From Candidatus Rariloculaceae bacterium (GTDB lineage: Bacteria; Pseudomonadota; Gammaproteobacteria; Steroidobacterales; Rariloculaceae): a DNA stretch of 64,000 bases. Every line of letters begins with the position of its first letter. Position 1 is the stretch's first letter. A model generated the notes under the pieces. The model was not told the origin of the DNA, ran no database searches, and worked only from the letters and a program-made list of their open reading frames with translations. Positions 59,750-64,000 of this stretch are shown one piece after another. The position numbers were made by a program, and so were the translations under genes. Location of the stretch: NCBI GenBank assembly GCA_965205045.1, contig OZ242031.1:1628044-1692043 (forward strand), written 5' to 3'.

Positions 59750-60141
59750 CCTGTCCGTTTTCCATGCGGCGACGATGGCCGGATTATACGTCCGACGGGA
59801 ATTCCGGCGGTCGCCGACACCAAATCTCGGCAATTTCCAGGCAGAGTCACAAGATTTGCCGATATTCTGACCGCTTGGGAAGGCTTACCGTACCCCTTGG
59901 ACACCCCTCTCAAGGTTCGCACATTTGGCCCGTATTCGGGACCAATGCGGGTTCCCCACCGCTCATCATCCCATATCGGTGCGCCAGGCAGAATGCCCTT
60001 CCGAGTCTTGATTTAACCAAGAGAACAACAAGTCTCCCTGTCTGGTATAACCTTCCCTTGCCCCGGATCGAATTGAAGTATGACAGAAACGTTCATTGGC
60101 GGCATAACACCAGCCGCGCCGCATGGTAAGGGAATAATCGG

Positions 60142-61668
60142 ATGAGGTCGCAGAATGGGCGACCCTCCTTGAATGCCCTGCCGCAGGGCACGGTGTTGCA
60201 CGACTACGTCATCGACTCGGAACTGGGCAGCGGCGGCTTCAGCATTGTGTATCTGGCGCGGCACCGCCTCAACACCGACTGGCTGTTCGCCATCAAGGAG
60301 TACTTCCCGCGCGAACTGGTGGCGCGGGACCGCGACAATGGCAACGTGCGTCCCGTCAACACGGAGGCCAAAGGGGCGTTCGAGGACGGATTGAGGCGCT
60401 TCCGGGACGAGGCGGAGCAACTGCGCCGGTTCCGCAACGAGCGCTACATCGTCTCCTGTCTGAACTACTTCGAGGCCAATGGCACAGCGTACCTGGTAAT
60501 GGACTACGACGACGGGTTGCCGCTGTCGGAATTCCTGCGGCGGCGGGAGGCCGCCGGGCAGCCGTTCACCGAGGCGGATTTGCGCGCCGTGGTCGAGCCG
60601 CTCCTGGAAGGGCTGGAGGTCGTTCATCGGGCCGGCGTCCTGCACCGGGACATCAAGCCGGCAAACATATTCGTGCGCCGACCGGACGACATCACCGGAC
60701 GGCCCGCGCAGCCGGTGCTGATCGACTTCGGGGCGGCGAAGCAGAACTACTTGGCGCGGCACAGCCACTCGCAGGCGCCGTACACGCCGGGGTATGCCGC
60801 CTACGAACAGGAATCGTCCGAGGGGGACATTGGTCCGTGGACCGACATCTACTCGGTCGGTGCGCTGATGTGGCGGATTGTAGCTGGTGGTTGTGCGGAT
60901 GATGAGAGCCTGCTCAAGTCCGATGGCGCTGACGAAATCTCCGGCTCTGGAGCTTGGGATCCGACGCCTCCACCAGCGCAGTCACGGGCCTATGCGCTGC
61001 ACTTGGGCCGACCGAATCCGATGAAATCGGCAGCAGCGTTGGGTGCGGATCGATTTTCGCCACAGTTGCTTCACACTATTGACAGTTGTCTATCGCTTTA
61101 TTTTGGCGATCGCGTTCAGGATTGCGCAACGTTGATTGGCTTGCTCAATACGCCGGCACCGCCCGCGAACACCTCCTCCAATCAACACGATCAATCAAGG
61201 AAGCCCAAAAGCCCTTGGATGGGCTTGACCAAGGGTTTATTCAATGCAGTATTGAGGATCCCGAAAATCACTTTGTCCAAGATACTCAAGCTAATGTCTT
61301 ATTCCGACGGGGGGCTATCGCTTGGTTTCGTGGCTTTGGCTGGTTCAGTTGTTGCCATGTGGGCCTACGTATTAGCGGATTATTCGGGAAGTTCAACCAT
61401 TGAGAACTGGATGTTCTTTATGGCATTAAGTTGTGGTTTGTCGATCGCTGCTCTACGATTCGCTTGGTTTGAACTGGAAGCCAGAATTACGGCTTGCGCG
61501 CTTTCTACGTTAGTCGGCCTTCCAATGGTCCTAGCGACTTCACCATTTTCTAACTATGTCTGGATAGAGGAAGTTTTTCGCAGATTTGGACTTCCTTACT
61601 TCTATGTTGTCCTCGCGTTTCTCCTTTGGGCACTATGGCTAGTGAATGATCGCGATCCTTTCTTGTAA
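60142..61668 (+). CDS. Ser/Thr protein kinase paralogue G: kinase + C-terminal 4-TM domain (intact reference for E)
   Basis: 508 aa. Its first 220 or so aa are identical by eye to the joined fragments of E. The C-terminal hydrophobic domain is homologous to the tail of C. Confidence 0.9.
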   Translation: MRSQNGRPSLNALPQGTVLHDYVIDSELGSGGFSIVYLARHRLNTDWLFAIKEYFPRELVARDRDNGNVRPVNTEAKGAFEDGLRRFRDEAEQLRRFRNERYIVSCLNYFEANGTAYLVMDYDDGLPLSEFLRRREAAGQPFTEADLRAVVEPLLEGLEVVHRAGVLHRDIKPANIFVRRPDDITGRPAQPVLIDFGAAKQNYLARHSHSQAPYTPGYAAYEQESSEGDIGPWTDIYSVGALMWRIVAGGCADDESLLKSDGADEISGSGAWDPTPPPAQSRAYALHLGRPNPMKSAAALGADRFSPQLLHTIDSCLSLYFGDRVQDCATLIGLLNTPAPPANTSSNQHDQSRKPKSPWMGLTKGLFNAVLRIPKITLSKILKLMSYSDGGLSLGFVALAGSVVAMWAYVLADYSGSSTIENWMFFMALSCGLSIAALRFAWFELEARITACALSTLVGLPMVLATSPFSNYVWIEEVFRRFGLPYFYVVLAFLLWALWLVNDRDPFL

Positions 61669-61758
61669 AACCGTCCAAGCGCTGGAATACAGTTCATCCG
61701 CAAATTTCACATTAAAATCCTGTCCGAACATTTGGGACAACTTCTATTCCTAATGCAA

Positions 61759-62115
61759 TCAGGGTGAAAATATATATATCTTGGCGAGTCTTGCGACAGT
61801 AGCAAAGGCCGCTATCGTCATAAACTCCCATGCGCAAGCACGCCAGTACATTCTGAATGTGGGTTCCGGTAGTTTGCCACTTTCGATGATGTTTACCGCT
61901 GTTTCCTCTGGGTTTGGAGCATCGCTTATCAACGCGAGATTCAGGGCGTCGCTAGGCTTTCTTACATGATTCTCAGCGCTCCCGAGTCGGCGGTAGGCTC
62001 CATGTACTCTCCACGATCCGAGTGCAATTGAAACGACTAGGCAAAACCCCAAAAGGGACCACCATCCACCAAGCACCGCAATGCCCGCTATCAGCCCGGC
62101 AATTGAACCCAACAT
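61759..62115 (-). CDS. hypothetical membrane protein
   Basis: 118 aa. AAAGGAGA RBS lies 6 nt upstream. N-terminal TM pair is IAGLIAGIAVLGGWWSLLGFCLVVSIALG, with a C-terminal hydrophobic segment. Confidence 0.5.
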   Translation of the reverse strand: MLGSIAGLIAGIAVLGGWWSLLGFCLVVSIALGSWRVHGAYRRLGSAENHVRKPSDALNLALISDAPNPEETAVNIIESGKLPEPTFRMYWRACAWEFMTIAAFATVARLAKIYIFSP

Positions 62116-62371
62116 TGAAGTCTCCTTTTCAGATATGTTCGGAATTGGCTACCGTGGACAGACGCTTCATGCTCGGGCACGTTTGCTGGATCATTGAGCG
62201 GCAGTTCTTCCTCCGCGGTTACAATATACGGCAACTCCTTGACCGTGATCGTAAAGTGCGTTGTCCGCTATCGGTATTCCTACGACTGTAGCCGGTCGGG
62301 ATCGGATTTCGTAAACCGCCAGTAGTTCTGATGTCTGCCGCCAGCATCGCCCGACGAAGCTAGCGACCGAT

Positions 62372-64000
62372 TCATGAAGATAACTCCCTGGCGACTCGAA
62401 AACCAATACCATTATCGGTTTCGTCAACAGTAGCGCAGCCACGGCTGGCAGAGCGCAAATCCGATGGGTTGGAAGCCCAGCAACCGCCACGAATTACGCG
62501 CATTTCTGGTATGTCGATTCTGCGTCGAGTGTCTATGTAGGGTTCCCAACCGTCACCGTCGCGAGTAAGCTCCCAAGCTCTGCCATCATCTGGTACGCCC
62601 CAGTAACTGCCACGACAATCCTGCGTCCATTCACTCACGTTCCCATGTACATCGTGCAAGCCGAACGCGTTTGCGGGAAATGTCCACACCGGTGTCGTTC
62701 GCTCCCGATTAAGGCCCTTCACGCCCGAACCGTAGCAAAAGGCACCGTTATAGTTTGCTTCATGCGTAGCAATCGTCCTTCCGAAATGAAACGGGGTACA
62801 TGTTCCGGCCCGCGCTACATATTCCCATTCTGCTTCGCTCAACAGACGGTAAGTTGCCCCTGTCTTGGCCGATAACCACTCAGTATACTCCTGTGCGTCA
62901 TTCCAGCTTACGCAGACCACCGGATGCGAGTCCGTTTGATGGAACCCGGGATACCGCCAAGTGTAGAGGGTGGGATCATTTTCGCGACTCCAGCTGTGTC
63001 CTTCAGCCCGAAACCCAGTGGTGTCGACGAATTCTGCGAACTCGCCTCGAGTAATGGGATAGACACCAACCGAGAACGGTTTCTGAATTGTCACAGGATG
63101 CATTGGACCTTCGCTCGAATCTCGGCCTTCTTCCTCACTAAAGCCGTCGAAACCATCGGGAAATTTCAACTCGCGAACGGTTTCTTCGCATTCTTTCTTG
63201 CTCGCCCAAAAAAGGACGTTATGCGGGTCGGCGAATGCCATTTCAAATCTGCGAAAATACTCTGTATCGAACTCAGAAAGCGAGTGCAGTGTGGACATCC
63301 AGAAGCTGGGGTTGAGTTCGTAACCTGCCTCCAGAGCTTCTCGTGCCAAGTGTCCGACACCCGCGTTTAGAACGCCTTCCGCTATCCAGTCCAAGTTGCC
63401 AGTCTGCAGTTCGTTTTTCGTTTCGAAATCAAGCCATTCCGAGTTATCCACGACGTATCGAAAAGGGTATCCGGGAAGATCCTCATGGTGCATGATCCAT
63501 CCAAGAAGCCTTTCACGCACGTTCGCCAGCACATGCTCCGCAGACTGGGGTTGCGAACTCGCGGACATCAAAAAATGCCGGGCAGTTTCCGAAAGTCCCG
63601 TCCGCCCGGAAGGAACCCATATCTGGTGCGGTGATCCCATCCTGTACGTACCCGCAGGAATCACAACCATCTCCGGCCAATCGGGGCCATCTCTGAACCG
63701 CTCGCCTACTCGTAGAGGCGCCTTGACCGATACAGATTTGGCCGATTCGTCCGAGGAGCTTGAGACAAGCTCCGTCCGCGGTTCCAGCAACTCCATCAGC
63801 TTGGCGCAACTTTGCACTCTATCCTCTGGATATAGGGCGAGACAGAGGTCGATGGCTTTCAGAATGTGCGGAGGAAATCGGCCCGCCCCCAACTCCGCCG
63901 CCCGTACCATCGGGTCTGGCCGCCCCCGGAGTAGCGGGTAGCTGCGCATCTCTGCCGCCCAGGGAGTCGGGCTCCTATCCGGTCCACCTCTATCTGATGC
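62372..64000 (-). CDS. Ser/Thr protein kinase paralogue H (partial; N-terminus beyond the window): kinase C-lobe tail + split FGE-sulfatase domain
   Basis: The frame stays open to 64000 (...SPTPWAAEMRSYPLLRGRPDPMVRAAELGAGRF aligns with paralogues B and D). The C-terminal FGE domain has MVVIPAGTYRMG...(long insert)...SEAEWEYVARAG...HGNVSEWTQDC...RVIRGGCW. Confidence 0.85.
   Translation of the reverse strand, partial: ASDRGGPDRSPTPWAAEMRSYPLLRGRPDPMVRAAELGAGRFPPHILKAIDLCLALYPEDRVQSCAKLMELLEPRTELVSSSSDESAKSVSVKAPLRVGERFRDGPDWPEMVVIPAGTYRMGSPHQIWVPSGRTGLSETARHFLMSASSQPQSAEHVLANVRERLLGWIMHHEDLPGYPFRYVVDNSEWLDFETKNELQTGNLDWIAEGVLNAGVGHLAREALEAGYELNPSFWMSTLHSLSEFDTEYFRRFEMAFADPHNVLFWASKKECEETVRELKFPDGFDGFSEEEGRDSSEGPMHPVTIQKPFSVGVYPITRGEFAEFVDTTGFRAEGHSWSRENDPTLYTWRYPGFHQTDSHPVVCVSWNDAQEYTEWLSAKTGATYRLLSEAEWEYVARAGTCTPFHFGRTIATHEANYNGAFCYGSGVKGLNRERTTPVWTFPANAFGLHDVHGNVSEWTQDCRGSYWGVPDDGRAWELTRDGDGWEPYIDTRRRIDIPEMRVIRGGCWASNPSDLRSASRGCATVDETDNGIGFRVARELSS

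Overview
GC-rich proteobacterial chromosome segment with five blocks. (1) 1-16.3 kb is an eroded defence island. It holds a DUF1156 DNA methyltransferase, an AlbA_2/HATPase protein and a PLD-SNF2 helicase in one operon. It also holds remnants of two AAA-ATPase/PDDEXK_9 genes, two coupled exported proteins, an HsdR-like remnant, and an AAA ATPase + DUF4276 pair. (2) 16.5-22.6 kb is the core carbon cluster tkt-gap-pgk-pyk. (3) 22.8-24.0 kb is a small islet with a ParE/RelE-type TA pair and an SNF2 C-terminal fragment. (4) 24.2-30.3 kb is the conserved minus-strand cluster rapZ-hpf-rpoN-lptB-lptA-lptC-kdsC-kdsD, with a 26-bp x5 tandem repeat between rpoN and hpf. (5) 30.4-64 kb is a large accessory region dominated by eight paralogous Hanks-type Ser/Thr kinase genes. 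These share a near-constant kinase head and carry swapped tails: Sel1 repeats, PEGA+FGE-sulfatase, or a 4-TM domain. Four of the eight are visibly damaged: one is truncated, one is cut by an IS5-family element with an intact empty site in a paralogue, one is split by a 70-bp insertion, and one runs off the window. Three kinases sit divergently next to Rpn (YhgA-like PD-(D/E)XK) nuclease genes in a repeated roughly 2-kb core. Block 5 also contains three AbiE-like NTase/wHTH pairs, a DUF234 ATPase flanked by a duplicated leader+small-ORF module, an aberrant tRNA-like gene, a frameshifted AbiJ-NTD4-like gene and low-GC islets. Many long ORFs in the supplied track are antisense or off-frame artefacts of high GC and are not called. 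All domain calls rest on motifs read by eye; no database search was possible.
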